From: Vulcanimicrobiota bacterium
GTDB lineage: Bacteria > Vulcanimicrobiota > Vulcanimicrobiia > Vulcanimicrobiales > Vulcanimicrobiaceae
Direction of reading: 5' to 3'
Assembly (NCBI GenBank): GCA_963812155.1
Contig: CAWETW010000003.1
Span: 672,001-736,000, forward strand
Length of the DNA stretch: 64,000 nt
Shown: positions 19,852-30,969 of the stretch, piece by piece
How positions within the stretch are numbered: the first letter of the stretch is position 1
Layout: every line of letters begins with the position of its first letter
Program-made: the position numbers and the translations under genes
Notes under the pieces: model-generated
What the model was told of the DNA's origin: nothing
Databases searched by the model: none
The model's input: only the letters and a program-made list of their open reading frames with translations

Positions 19852-21546
19852 TTGACCTCAGACACATTGGTCGTACCCGCCCCGCCGGCGACGCCGTACA
19901 CGCGCGTAATTCCGCTCGGCGGCTGCGGTGAAATCGGCCGAAACATGACGCTCGTCGAGACCAACGACGACCTGGTGGTCGTCGACTGCGGCCTGATGTT
20001 TCCAGACGACGAGATGTACGGCGTGGACGTCGTCATCAACGATTTTACGTACGTCCGCGAACGTGCCGCCAAACTGCGCGCGGTGCTCGTGACGCACGGC
20101 CACGAGGACCACATCGGCGGGATTCCTTACTTCCTGCGCGAGTTTCCCGGCACGCCGATCGTGGGAACGCCGCTCTCGCTGGCGCTGATTAAGGCCAAGT
20201 CGCGCGAGCACAAGCTCGGCGAGATGGAACTCATCCAAGTCCGGCCGGGCGACCGCGTCCGGCACGGCTCGATCGAAATCGAGTTCGTGCACATCAATCA
20301 TTCGGTGGCGGGTGCCTGTGCACTGGCACTGCGAACGCCGGTCGGCACGATCTTCCACACCGGCGACTTCAAATTCGATCAGACGCCGATCGACGGCAAG
20401 CCGGCCGACTTCGCTTCACTCGCGCGCATCGGCGACGAGGGCGTGCTGTGCATGCTCTCGGATTCTACCAACGCCGAGCGGCCGGGCCACACGCTCTCCG
20501 AGCGTATCGTGGGCGAAGCGTTCACGGCCATTTTCTCGCGCGCCAAGGGCCGGATTCTGATCGCGTCGTTCGCCTCGAACGTTCCGCGCATTCAACAGGC
20601 GGTCGACCACGCCGTACGCTTCGGGCGCAAGGTCGCATTCTTGGGCCGTTCGATGCAAAACGTCGTGCATTTCGCGAGCGAACTCGGACATCTGCGGATA
20701 CCGCCGGCTACCGTCGTGAAGATCGAGGAGATCGACGCGCTGCCCGCCGAGCGCGTCGTCGTCGTGACGACGGGGTCGCAAGGCGAGCCGATGAGCGGCC
20801 TCGCGCGCATGTCGGTGCGCGACCATCCGAAGTTGAGCATCGTTCCGGGCGACACCATCGTTATTAGCGCGACGCCGATCCCGGGCAACGAGAAGAGCGT
20901 CTACAAGACGGTCAACAACCTCGCGAAGCTCGGCGCGACCGTCGTCCACGGTACCGACGGCCGGTCGCACGTCTCGGGACACGGCTCGCAAGAAGAGCTG
21001 TTGCTGATGCTCAACCTCATTCGTCCCGAGTTTTTCGTGCCGATCCACGGCGAGTACCGGATGCTCATGCAGCACGGGCGCTTGGCGGTGCAAACGGGCG
21101 TCGACGGCGGCAACGTCTTCGTCTTGGACAACGGCGACGTGCTGCAGTTCACGCCGGAGTTTTGCGACAAGATCGGCAAGACGTACGGCGGCCACGTCTT
21201 CGTTGACGGCTCGGGGGTCGGCGACGTCGGCGAAGCGGTGCTGCGAGACCGCAAAGCGCTTTCGAACGACGGCATCATGGTCGTGGTCGTCGCGATCGAC
21301 AGCGAAGAAGCGCGCGTTACCGCCGGACCAGATCTCATATCGAAGGGCGTGTTCTACCTACCCGAAGCCGGCGGCGTGCTCGACGAGCTGCGTGCCGAAA
21401 CGCTCGCCATGATCGAACACGTCTCGGTCGAAGGCGTCCGCGACGTCAGCACGGTCAAGGAACACATCCGCAGCGGCCTCGCCAAAGCGATTTACGCACG
21501 CACGAAGCGACGCCCGATGGTGATTCCGGTCGTGATGGAAGTCTAA
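19852..21546 (+). CDS. rnj: ribonuclease J
   Basis: PLGG.GEIGRNMT, THGHEDHIG, HTGDFK, SDSTNA, TGSQGEP, HVSGH. Confidence 0.97.
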   Translation: MTSDTLVVPAPPATPYTRVIPLGGCGEIGRNMTLVETNDDLVVVDCGLMFPDDEMYGVDVVINDFTYVRERAAKLRAVLVTHGHEDHIGGIPYFLREFPGTPIVGTPLSLALIKAKSREHKLGEMELIQVRPGDRVRHGSIEIEFVHINHSVAGACALALRTPVGTIFHTGDFKFDQTPIDGKPADFASLARIGDEGVLCMLSDSTNAERPGHTLSERIVGEAFTAIFSRAKGRILIASFASNVPRIQQAVDHAVRFGRKVAFLGRSMQNVVHFASELGHLRIPPATVVKIEEIDALPAERVVVVTTGSQGEPMSGLARMSVRDHPKLSIVPGDTIVISATPIPGNEKSVYKTVNNLAKLGATVVHGTDGRSHVSGHGSQEELLLMLNLIRPEFFVPIHGEYRMLMQHGRLAVQTGVDGGNVFVLDNGDVLQFTPEFCDKIGKTYGGHVFVDGSGVGDVGEAVLRDRKALSNDGIMVVVVAIDSEEARVTAGPDLISKGVFYLPEAGGVLDELRAETLAMIEHVSVEGVRDVSTVKEHIRSGLAKAIYARTKRRPMVIPVVMEV

Positions 21547-21559
21547 CGCTTCCACGTCA

Positions 21560-22636
21560 TCATAACGTTGACCAAACGTCGAGTTTGCGGCGCACGCTTT
21601 CGATGACGGCGTCGGTGAACTCGGTCGTGCTCGCGTGGCCGCCTAAGTCGGCGGTGGCGATGCCGGCGTGGAGCGCTTCGAGCGCCGATTCGTAGATGGC
21701 GCGCGACGCATTGGCGGCGCGGCGATCGTCGACGTACGACAGCAACGCGGCCGACGCGAGAATCATTGCCAGCGGGTTGGCGACGTTTTTTCCGAAGAGG
21801 CGCGGTGCGGTGCCGTGCGGCGCTTCTGCGAGCACGACGCTGGGCGCGAACGATTGGTCGAATCCCAGAATGAGGGACTCGGCGCCGGCAATCGATCCGA
21901 ACAGCTGCATGACCATGTCGGAGAGGCAATCGCCGTCGCGATTGAGCGCCGGAATCACCAGCGGATGGTCGCCCGACGTCGAGAGCAGCAGCGCGTAGGT
22001 CGCGTCGATCAGTTGCGGATCGTACGGCACGTCCGGATGGCGCGCCGCCGCGGCATCCATTTCTTCTTTGAGCATTCCTTCGTACACGGGGCTCACCGTG
22101 AACTTGGGGCCGCCGAAAACGACGCCGGCTACGCGTTTCGCGTGCGCGAAGGCATACTCGGCGACGTCGCGGCAGACGCCGCGCGAAATCGTTTCGGTGC
22201 GGTGAGCAACTTCGGCGGTGCCTTCACCCTCGCGCCATTCCTTTGCGCCGTAGGCGTCGCCCACGGCCATGCGGACCACGGAGATCGGCGCGTGGATGCC
22301 GCCGACCGGCCGAATCCGCGGCAGCCTGCGACCGGTTCGCACGATGACCTTCGCGCCGATACGTTCGCGCAGAATCCGGTTGGGCGACCCGACGTCCTCT
22401 TTCGCTTCGGGCGTAATCGTTGCAGCCTTCAGCCCGAGCCCGTATTTCACGACGGCGTCGGCCGCTTCGAGGACCACGGCGTTTTCGGTTTCGCGTCTGC
22501 GCTCCAACGAAAGGTCGTAACGCTGGAACTCGAGTTCCACGTCGACGACCGATCGGTCGAGAACGCGCAGCGCTTCGAGCAACAACTCCTGTCCGGTTTG
22601 ATCCCCTTCGAGAACGGCGACCGTGGGCGTACTCAA
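21560..22636 (-). CDS. isocitrate/isopropylmalate dehydrogenase family protein
   Basis: GDQTGQE, KAATITP, SPNRILR, NRDGDCLSD, EAPHGTAP, ANPLAMIL, TADLGG; TTG start with GAGGA RBS. Confidence 0.9.
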   Translation of the reverse strand: MSTPTVAVLEGDQTGQELLLEALRVLDRSVVDVELEFQRYDLSLERRRETENAVVLEAADAVVKYGLGLKAATITPEAKEDVGSPNRILRERIGAKVIVRTGRRLPRIRPVGGIHAPISVVRMAVGDAYGAKEWREGEGTAEVAHRTETISRGVCRDVAEYAFAHAKRVAGVVFGGPKFTVSPVYEGMLKEEMDAAAARHPDVPYDPQLIDATYALLLSTSGDHPLVIPALNRDGDCLSDMVMQLFGSIAGAESLILGFDQSFAPSVVLAEAPHGTAPRLFGKNVANPLAMILASAALLSYVDDRRAANASRAIYESALEALHAGIATADLGGHASTTEFTDAVIESVRRKLDVWSTL

Positions 22637-22673
22637 ATGAAGTTCCTCGCAGAATAACGAATCGGTGAAGTCC

Positions 22674-24869
22674 ATGGCACGCACGCGCCGGAGGGCTGCG
22701 GCGAGGAATAAGATCAACCTCGAGATCGTTGGAATCGCCGCATTGGCACTCGCCCTGTGGTGCGGCATCGCGCTTGCGCTCCCGCATCACACCGGCAGCG
22801 TCGGCGTCGTCACGGCCGCATTGCTGCGCCAACTCTTTGGAGGCGCCGCGCCGCTTTTCCCGGTGATGGTGGCCCTGCTCGGTGCAATCGTCTTCTTGGA
22901 AGTCAACGTGCCGCGCATGATCGTTGGGCTGGGAAGCACCGCGCTCGCGTATTTCCTGATTTTCGACGCAGGGTTTGCGGCGGCCGGACGCGGCGGCTCC
23001 GTCGGCGAGAGCACCTGGTGGGCGTTGCGCTCGCTGCTCGGCGTGGTCGGCGGATGGATCGTCCTGGTCTTGGCCGCGCTCTCGCTCGCGCTGTGGCTCA
23101 CCAATGCGAGCCTGAAGCAGCTCATCGGTAAAGCGATCGTCTTTTTGCGCGGCGTGCGGATGCCGTCGCTGCCGCCGATGCGGGTGAGCCTGCCGGAAGG
23201 CCACGGCTCGTTGCGCGAAGCCTTCGCCCTTCCCGACGCCCCCGCCGCGCCTTCATATGAAGAAACGCCCGTGGTAGAGGTGGAGATCGAACACGCCCCC
23301 GCGCCGCTCGACCTGTCGCCGGCAGTTCCGGCAAAGCGGCCGCCCGCCGTTCCTCCGCCGTATCCGTTCGAAAGCGCGCCGCCGGACCGGCAAGAGGGAG
23401 CAGGGGCCGATCCGGCTTCGGCCGGGCGCCCATATCGCTTGCCCGACCTGTCCATATTCGATCCGCCGCCCGCCAAGGTGGTGGACGAGTCGAATCGAGC
23501 GCATCTGCTCGAGGATACGCTTGCGAGCTTCGGCGTAGGCGCGAAGGTCGTGCACATCGAGCGCGGTCCTTCGATCACGCGCTACGAGCTGCGCCCGGAA
23601 CGCGGCGTGAAGATTTCGCGCATCGCTTCGCTGGCCGACGACCTTGCGCTGGCGCTGGCCGCGACCAGCGTCCGCATCGAGGCGCCGATTCCCGGAAAGT
23701 CCGCGGTCGGCATCGAGATCCCAAACCAAACGGTCTCCGTCGTGGCGGTGCGCGAGATCCTCGACGCAATTCCCAACCGCGGACAAATTCCGCCGCTGTG
23801 GATGGCGCTCGGCAAAGACATCACCGGCCGGCCGGTGTTCGGCGACCTCTGCAACATGCCGCACTTGCTCGTCGCCGGCGCAACCGGTGCCGGAAAATCG
23901 GTGTGCCTCAACACGATTATTGCTTCGCTCCTCGTCACCGCGACGCCGGATCAAGTGCAGATGCTGATGATCGATCCTAAGCGCGTCGAGTTGACCGTCT
24001 TCAACGGCATTCCGCACCTCATCAAAGAGGTGATCACCGATCCTCGCCTCGCCGCCGGGGCGCTCTTCGAGATGACCAAGGAGATGGACTCGCGTTACGA
24101 GCGCTTTGCCAAAGCCGGCGTTCGCAAGATCGAGGAGTACAACTCGAAGTATCCCGACGAACGGCTGCCGTACGTCGTGATCGTCATCGACGAGCTGGCC
24201 GATCTCATGCTGGTTGCGCCGGCGAAGGTCGAGTCGACGATCATGCGATTGGCGCAGTTGGCCCGCGCTACCGGCATCCATCTGGTGGTGGCGACGCAGC
24301 GTCCGTCGGTGGACGTCATCACGGGTTTGATCAAGGCGAACATTCCGTCGCGCATCGCTTTTGCGGTGAGTTCCCAAACCGATTCGCGCGTCGTGCTGGA
24401 TATGAACGGCGCCGAACGGCTGCTGGGCCGCGGCGACATGCTGTATCTTCCCATCGACGCACCCAAGCCGGTGCGCGCGCAAGGCGCGCTCATCACGGCA
24501 TCGGAAGTGGGGCGGCTGGTCGAATTTTGGGCGCGGCAGGGGCGTCCGGCTAATCTGCTCGACGTCGAGGTCGTGCCGGTCAGCGATGACGAAAGTTCGA
24601 AGGTGGTCGATCCGCTCTGTTACGACGCGGCGAAGTTCATCATCGAAACGAACTACGCGTCGACCGCGCAGCTGCAATCGCAGTTTTCGATCGGACATCC
24701 GCGTGCCGTGCGTCTGATGAAGCAGCTCGAGGAGTTCAAGGTCGTCGGTCCGCACGAGGGAACCAAGCCGCGGAAAATCGTCGTAGGCTTGCCGGAACTG
24801 GAGATGATGGCCCCGCGCCTCGGTAAGGGCGATGGCGGTCAGCAAGATTTGTTTGCGAGCGGCTCGTGA
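22674..24869 (+). CDS. ftsK: DNA translocase FtsK/SpoIIIE
   Basis: N-terminal TM domain, RIEAPIPGK, PHLLVAGATGAGKS, IDELADLM, ATQRPSVDVITG, gamma domain. Confidence 0.97.
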   Translation: MARTRRRAAARNKINLEIVGIAALALALWCGIALALPHHTGSVGVVTAALLRQLFGGAAPLFPVMVALLGAIVFLEVNVPRMIVGLGSTALAYFLIFDAGFAAAGRGGSVGESTWWALRSLLGVVGGWIVLVLAALSLALWLTNASLKQLIGKAIVFLRGVRMPSLPPMRVSLPEGHGSLREAFALPDAPAAPSYEETPVVEVEIEHAPAPLDLSPAVPAKRPPAVPPPYPFESAPPDRQEGAGADPASAGRPYRLPDLSIFDPPPAKVVDESNRAHLLEDTLASFGVGAKVVHIERGPSITRYELRPERGVKISRIASLADDLALALAATSVRIEAPIPGKSAVGIEIPNQTVSVVAVREILDAIPNRGQIPPLWMALGKDITGRPVFGDLCNMPHLLVAGATGAGKSVCLNTIIASLLVTATPDQVQMLMIDPKRVELTVFNGIPHLIKEVITDPRLAAGALFEMTKEMDSRYERFAKAGVRKIEEYNSKYPDERLPYVVIVIDELADLMLVAPAKVESTIMRLAQLARATGIHLVVATQRPSVDVITGLIKANIPSRIAFAVSSQTDSRVVLDMNGAERLLGRGDMLYLPIDAPKPVRAQGALITASEVGRLVEFWARQGRPANLLDVEVVPVSDDESSKVVDPLCYDAAKFIIETNYASTAQLQSQFSIGHPRAVRLMKQLEEFKVVGPHEGTKPRKIVVGLPELEMMAPRLGKGDGGQQDLFASGS

Positions 24870-25489
24870 GAATCGCGTACGCGCTTTCCGCTGCGGTCGC
24901 GGCGTCGTTGTTCGTCACCCTCGGCCTCGACGTGACGCGTTCGGGCGAGCCGGCGTCGTTCGTGGCGATGGAACGAACGCTCCTCGGTCAGGGCGCGCTG
25001 GTTGCATGGTGGCTGACGTGGACGTGCTATCCGTACGTGCTGGCGCCGCTGGCGGTGGCGCTGCTCGCGATCGCGTGGCGCGTACCGGCGTGGCGGACGC
25101 GCATTCTTTTCAGCATCGTGATGTTGCTGCTCTGCTGGCGCGGCGCGGATCTCGCCCAGCACTATTTCATGCGGCCGCGCCGTCTCGACTGGCTGGTCAA
25201 GCACGAGGGCGCGTTTTCGTATCCTTCCTCGCACGCAGCCATCGCCACGGGTTTCTACGCACTCTGGGCCGCGATGCTCTACACGTCGGATTTGCCGCGT
25301 CGCGCACGCACGGTCGCGGCCGCATGCCTGCTCCTTCTTGCGATCGCGATTTGTTGGGCGCGCCTAGCGCTCGGCGCGCACTATCTGACCGACCTCGTCG
25401 GCGGCGCGCTGCTGGCTGCGGCGCTGGTCGCCGCCGGCATCGCGGTCCTGCCGGTAAAGGTCTTTGCATCGGCCGAGGCGCGCACGTAG
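24866..25489 (+). CDS. PAP2-family phosphatase
   Basis: RPR, SYPSSHA and ARLALGAHYLTD motifs; TM segments. Confidence 0.9.
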   Translation: MRIAYALSAAVAASLFVTLGLDVTRSGEPASFVAMERTLLGQGALVAWWLTWTCYPYVLAPLAVALLAIAWRVPAWRTRILFSIVMLLLCWRGADLAQHYFMRPRRLDWLVKHEGAFSYPSSHAAIATGFYALWAAMLYTSDLPRRARTVAAACLLLLAIAICWARLALGAHYLTDLVGGALLAAALVAAGIAVLPVKVFASAEART

Positions 25490-25499
25490 AATGTGGGCA

Positions 25500-26636
25500 A
25501 TGCGATATGCCGACCCCGCGCTGGCCGAAATCGACCGCAAGGTCGAGGCGGAGATTCCGCTTTCGTTTGAGGACGGCCTGGCGCTGTATGCGTCGCGCGA
25601 CCTGCACGGTTTGGGGCATATGGCGCGCCGCGTCAAGGAACGCAAGAGCGGCCGCAAGGTGTTTTACGTACTCAACCGCTACATCAACTCCACCAACGTC
25701 TGCTTTGCGGGCTGCACGTTCTGCTCGTTCGCAGCCGACGAGTTCAAGGAGCCGCAGCGCGTTTTCCGCATGACGGCCGATCAAGTCTTCGCCAAAGCGG
25801 TCGAGACCGGGACGAATTTCAACCAAATCCACATCGTCGGGGGACACGATCCTCGTCAGCTTTCTCTCGACTACTGGCTGCCGCTGATGCGCCGCTTCAA
25901 GGAAGTGCTGCCGCACGTGCAGCTGTCGCTTTTCACGGCGGCGGAGATCGAGTACATGGCCAAACGCCACCGGCTGTCGTTTCCGGAGATCGTGACCGCA
26001 CTTCGCGACGCCGGTCTCGATAACGTCAACGGCGGCGCTGCCGAGATTTTTGCCGAAGAAACGCGCGCGAAGATTTGCCCGAACAAGGTCTCGAGCGCGA
26101 ACTGGGTAGCCATCCACGAAGAACTGCATCGCCAGGGCGTCGCCAGCAACGCCACGATGCTGTACGGACACATCGAAAGTATTGCCGATCGCGTCGATCA
26201 CTTGATCCGGCTGCGCGAATCGCAGGATCGCTCGCCGGGATTTAACGCGTTCATTCCGCTGGCGTTCCATCCCGACGGCAACGAACTCTCGTATTGCGGC
26301 TGGACGGGCGGTCTCGACGACGTGCGCACGTTCGCGGTCGCACGGCTGATGCTGCACAACTTCGACCACGTCAAAGCGTACTGGATGATTCAAGGCTTGA
26401 AGGTCTGTCAAGTGGCGCTGCAGTTCGGTGCCGACGACATGGACGGCACGCACGGATCGACCGACGAAGAGATGATCTACCATTCGGCGGGAACGCAATC
26501 GGGGCAATACGTCGACGATCGCGAGTTTCGCCGCCTGATCGAGGGCGCGGGCTACGTGCCCGTGCGCCGCAACTCGACCTACGTTGAGTTTGCGTGGGAC
26601 TGGACGCCGCCGTCGCGCGAACTGATCGAAGCCTAG
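25500..26636 (+). CDS. mqnE: aminofutalosine synthase MqnE (radical SAM, CofH family)
   Basis: NRYINSTNVCFAGCTFC, GGAAEIF, SNATMLYGHIE, FIPLAFHP, HVKAYW, FGADDMDGT; adjacent to mqnA and mqnC. Confidence 0.9.
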   Translation: MRYADPALAEIDRKVEAEIPLSFEDGLALYASRDLHGLGHMARRVKERKSGRKVFYVLNRYINSTNVCFAGCTFCSFAADEFKEPQRVFRMTADQVFAKAVETGTNFNQIHIVGGHDPRQLSLDYWLPLMRRFKEVLPHVQLSLFTAAEIEYMAKRHRLSFPEIVTALRDAGLDNVNGGAAEIFAEETRAKICPNKVSSANWVAIHEELHRQGVASNATMLYGHIESIADRVDHLIRLRESQDRSPGFNAFIPLAFHPDGNELSYCGWTGGLDDVRTFAVARLMLHNFDHVKAYWMIQGLKVCQVALQFGADDMDGTHGSTDEEMIYHSAGTQSGQYVDDREFRRLIEGAGYVPVRRNSTYVEFAWDWTPPSRELIEA

Positions 26637-26647
26637 GAATTTCGACG

Positions 26648-27481
26648 ATGCTGCGCTGCGGCCGGATCGAGTACACGAACGTACTTCCCATCTACGCGGC
26701 GGTCGACGAAGGCGCGATCGCACATCCGGGCTCGCTTCACGCAGCCGTTCCCGCGCGTCTGAATGCGATGCTACTGGGCGCAGAACTCGACGTCAGCCCG
26801 ATCAGCGCATTCGAATGGGCCAAACACGCAGGTGACTTGGTGCTCCTGCCGGGTCTATGCGTCGGCGCACGCGCCGACGTGATGTCGGTCGTGCTTGTTT
26901 CAGCCGTTCCGCCGTCGCTGCTCGGCGGTGAAACCGTGTACGTGACCGATGCATCGGCGACGGGGCGCCATCTCTTGCGCGTCATTCTGGAACGCCGGTA
27001 CGGCGTCACGCCGAACTACCGGGTTGAGCCGCGGCCGCTCGAGCGCGCGCGGGCCGGCGCGCCGGTGCTGCTGATCGGCGACGCCGCGATCGACGCCGTC
27101 GACGCGTTGCCGGCGGCGCACGTGTACGATCTCGGCAAACTCTGGCACGACTGGACCGGCGAGGATATGGTGTTTGCCGTGTGGGCCGCGCGGCGCGACG
27201 CCTACGAGCGCGATCCCGAGGGGGTGCAGCGCTGCATGCGCGCGCTGGCCGATGCGCGAGCCTGGTCGCGCGCGAACTTCGAGCGCGTGGTCGCGCTGGC
27301 GCAGCGTACGATTCCGCGCGCGCCGGGCTTCTACGAAACGTACTATGGAACACTCAACTTCACGTTCGATGCCGCCGCGCAGCGCGGGCTGGACGCCTAC
27401 TGCCGCGAACTGCGCGCGATCGGCGCGATCGATGCGGTTCCACCGTGCGCACCGGAGGCGCTCGATGCCGTCGCTCGCTAA
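26648..27481 (+). CDS. mqnA: chorismate dehydratase MqnA
   Basis: GRIEYTNVLP, VMSVVLVS, SAT, LLIGDAA, DLGKLW...TG..MVFAVW. Confidence 0.9.
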   Translation: MLRCGRIEYTNVLPIYAAVDEGAIAHPGSLHAAVPARLNAMLLGAELDVSPISAFEWAKHAGDLVLLPGLCVGARADVMSVVLVSAVPPSLLGGETVYVTDASATGRHLLRVILERRYGVTPNYRVEPRPLERARAGAPVLLIGDAAIDAVDALPAAHVYDLGKLWHDWTGEDMVFAVWAARRDAYERDPEGVQRCMRALADARAWSRANFERVVALAQRTIPRAPGFYETYYGTLNFTFDAAAQRGLDAYCRELRAIGAIDAVPPCAPEALDAVAR

Positions 27482-28550
27482 TCTCCTCGACCGCGCCGCC
27501 GGCGGCGGCCGGTTGACCTTCGACGAAGGCGTTCGTCTCTACGAAGAGGCGGACATCCACGAACTCGGCGCCGCCGCGCACGCGCGCCGCTTGCAGATGC
27601 ATTCGCCCAGCGTCGTTACGTACGTCGTCGACACGACGATCAACTATACGAACGTCTGCAACGTGCACTGCACGTTCTGCGCCTTTTTCCGGCCCGAACA
27701 GCACAAAGAAGGCTACACGATGTCGCACGACGCCGTGCTGGAACGCGTGAAGTACGCCGCCGGACAAGGCGCCACGCAGATCATGATTCAGGGCGGCGTC
27801 AATCCCGAGTTGCGGCTCGAGTGGTTCGAGCGGCTCTTCGAGCGCGTCTGCCGCGAGTATCCGGACGTCGACGTGCACTCCCTCTCGGTCTCCGAGGTCG
27901 TCGGACTCGCCCACGTCGAGGAACTGTCGATCCGGGACGTGCTGGGGCGCCTGCAAGCCGCCGGAATGAAATCGCTTCCCGGTGCGGGTGCGGAGATTCT
28001 CGTCGAGCGCGTGCGCAAGCGCATCTCGGCGCGCAAGGTCAAGCCGGAGGAGTGGCTCGGCGTCATGCGCGAGGCGCAACTGCTGGGAATGCCGACGACC
28101 GCAACGATGATGTTCGGTTCGATCGAAACGCCTTCCGAACGGGTCGAACACATGCACGTCCTGCGCGAACTCCAAGACGAAACCGGCGGCTTCACCGCCT
28201 TTATTCCGTGGTACTACGTGCCGTTCAAGACACCGCTTCGCGGGCGCGAGGCGATGGGCTTGGAGTATCTGCGGGTGCTGGCGGTGTCGCGCCTCTACCT
28301 CGATAACTTTCCGCACTTACAGGCATCGTGGCTGACGCCCGGCCTCAAGCTCGGTCAACTCGCGCTCTTCTACGGATGCGACGACATGGGCGGCACGATC
28401 ATCGAAGAGCGCGTCGTGCACGATGCCGGCAGCACCAACGAGGCGACGCGGCGCGACCTCGAAAACGCCATCCTCACCGCCGGCTTCACGCCGGTGATTC
28501 GCGACACGTATTGGAATTTGCGCAACGACCTCGCGTTGGCTACCGCGTAG
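27465..28550 (+). CDS. mqnC: cyclic dehypoxanthine futalosine synthase MqnC (radical SAM)
   Basis: TYVVD..INYTNVC...CTFCAF, MIQGG, SLPGAGAEIL, TTATMMFG, FTAFIPW, QASW. Confidence 0.92.
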   Translation: MPSLANLLDRAAGGGRLTFDEGVRLYEEADIHELGAAAHARRLQMHSPSVVTYVVDTTINYTNVCNVHCTFCAFFRPEQHKEGYTMSHDAVLERVKYAAGQGATQIMIQGGVNPELRLEWFERLFERVCREYPDVDVHSLSVSEVVGLAHVEELSIRDVLGRLQAAGMKSLPGAGAEILVERVRKRISARKVKPEEWLGVMREAQLLGMPTTATMMFGSIETPSERVEHMHVLRELQDETGGFTAFIPWYYVPFKTPLRGREAMGLEYLRVLAVSRLYLDNFPHLQASWLTPGLKLGQLALFYGCDDMGGTIIEERVVHDAGSTNEATRRDLENAILTAGFTPVIRDTYWNLRNDLALATA

Positions 28551-28554
28551 CCCT

Positions 28555-29635
28555 TTAGAAGGAGGCTGATGATCGTGGCGGCGCCGAGCACTTCGCTGCC
28601 GTCGAGATCGAGCAGCGCAACGAGTTGGCCCGGCGCAATCGCGCGCTGAGGCCGTTCGAACCGGAGCGTCAGTGCATCGTCCCCGGCAACCGTTGCGACG
28701 GCGCGTGCCGGCGTCGCCCGGTAGCGCACCATCGCCAGAACCTCGGTATCGCCGCCGGCGAACCGCTCGGGACGAATGAGATTGCGCTCGCCGGCGAGCA
28801 GCGTCGAGGAGAAGAGTTCGTCTTCGCGTCCGACGACGACGGTGTTCGTGGCGGCATCGATCCGCGTGACGTAGCGCGGCCCGTCCTCGTGCGCGGGCAC
28901 GCCGGCTCGCTGGCCGATGGTATAGCGCGCGATGCCGCCGTGCGTGCCGACGGACTCGCCGCCGCCGGCAACGACCTCACCGGGCCGGTTGATGCCGGGC
29001 AGCATGCGTTCGAGCACGTCGCGGTAGTCGCCGCCCTCGACGAAGCAAATGTCCTGCGACTCGGCTTTGTCGTGAACCGGCAACCCGAGGCGAAGCGCGT
29101 GCGCGCGCGTCGCTACCTTGTCGAGTTCGCCGAGCGGCAGCAGCAGTTGGTCGAGCTGCGCCGGCGCAAGTTGCGCGAGCGCGTAGGCTTGATCCTTGGC
29201 GTGCGGCGTTGCGAAAGAGGTGCGGACCGTCGGCCCGGTGCTCCAGGCGCGCGTAGTGGCCGGTCGCGACGAATCGCGCGTCCAGACGCTCCGCGTAACG
29301 CGGCCAGCGTACCGAGCTTGACGAAGTTGTTGCAGGAGACGCACGGATTGGGCGTGCGGCCGCTCGAGTATTCGTCGTGCGAATCGTTCGATGACGTCGC
29401 GCCGAAACGTCTCTTCGAAATCGAGGACGTAGTGCGGAATGCCAAGCAATGCGGCGCTGCGCCGGGCGTCGTCGAAGTCGTCGATGCCGCAGCAACTCTT
29501 GGCATAGGCGTGTTTCGACGGCGCGTACATCTTCATCGTCACGCCGACGACGTCGTAGCCCGCTTCGACTAGGAGTCCGGCGGCTACGGCGGAGTCGACG
29601 CCGCCGCTCATGGCTGCAATAACGCGTTCTTTCAT
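28555..29635 (-). CDS. mnmA: tRNA 2-thiouridine(34) synthase MnmA (several apparent indels; stop inferred)
   Basis: AMSGGVDS, GRTPNPCVSCN (alternative frame), ATGHYAR (alternative frame), KDQAYAL, ESQDICF, YTIGQR, APGQ. Confidence 0.9.
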
Positions 29636-29687
29636 TACACTGACGCGGACAGGATAACAAAAGGTCGGGGCTAACAAAAGCCCTCAA

Positions 29688-30456
29688 ATGCCAGGAGGTT
29701 CCCTGGGCGACCGGTTTCGTGCCGCGCGGGAAGCGCGCGGCTCTCCCTCTCGGACTGTCTCCGACCAGGTCCGAATCCGGTCGGTCTACCTGCGCCGCCA
29801 TCGAGGAGGAGAACTGGAAGGCGATCGGCGCGCGCCGTTTACGTCCGCGGCTTTTTGCGCACGTACGCCCGCTTTTTGGGACTCGACCCTGAAGAGGTCG
29901 TCACCGCATTCAACGACGAGGTCGCAGCCACAGGCGCACGCCGCCGGCGAAACGGCGGCGCAGCGGCCGGCGCGCGCCGAGCGCTCTTCGCAACCCGGGT
30001 CGCTGCTGCATCTGGATCGCCGGCATCGTCGCCGTGCTGCTCGTGGCATTCGTCGCCTACAACGCCCTCACGATGCATCGGGAAGTCGCCGGTCGCGGCC
30101 GCCGAGCGCCTCACCCGCACCGCTCGAATCGCCGGAGCCGAACGCGGTCCCCGGCCGCGGGCGTCGCCGGCAAGCGCTTCCCCGGCTGCGACTCAGACGC
30201 CGCCTGGCCCGGCGGGCGCCGGCCCTGCGACGCTTGCCCTGGTGCTGTCGGCCCCGTCGTGGCTCAGGGTCACCGTTGACGGCAATGTTAGCATTGAGGG
30301 TACGTTTCCGGCCGGCACCAGCAAGACGTTCCATGGAAAGAGCGCGCTGGTGCGCGTCGGCAACGCCGGCGGCGTCGAGATTTTCGTCGACGGCAAGGAC
30401 GTCGGCAAACTCGGCAAGATCGGGCGACGTCGCCGAACGCGCTTTCACGCTTATAG
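29688..30456 (+). CDS. rodZ: RodZ-like HTH-TM-DUF4115 protein (multiple apparent indels)
   Basis: [28 protein letters not shown], one TM segment, SWLRVTVDG and [16 protein letters not shown] spread across frames. Confidence 0.8.
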
Positions 30457-30464
30457 GAGTAAGG

Positions 30465-30957
30465 CTGGCCACCGACGCATCGTTCGACATCGTGTCGCGC
30501 ATCGACCGGCAAGAGCTGGACAACGCGCTCAATCAAGCGCGTAAGGAGATTGAGAACCGTTTCGATTTCAAGCACAGCAAGACGAGCATCGAAGCCGACG
30601 AGAAGAAGATTACGACTCGTCTCCGACGACGAATTGAAGATGCGTAACGTCATCGACGTGCTGCAAAGCAAGGCGATCAAACGCGGCGTCGACGTCAAGG
30701 CCTTCGAGTTCGGAGAAGTCGAACCGGCGGCCGGCAGCACGGTCCGGCAGATCATCACGCTGCGTGCCGGGATCCCCAAGGACAAGAGCAAGACGCTCGT
30801 CGAGAAAATCAAGTCGCTGAAGTTGAAAGTCAACGCGCAGTATCAAGACGAGCAGATTCGCGTCACCGGCAAGAACAAGGACGATCTGCAGAAAGTCATC
30901 GCCGCCCTGCGCGCGCTCGAGTTCGACCTTCCGCTGCAGTTCGTCAACTACCGGTAA
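30465..30957 (+). CDS. yajQ: YajQ-family nucleotide/c-di-GMP-binding protein (frameshift near 30617; start codon uncertain)
   Basis: [29 protein letters not shown] then [12 protein letters not shown]...PLQFVNYR. Confidence 0.9.
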
Positions 30958-30969
30958 GCTCGCTCGCAA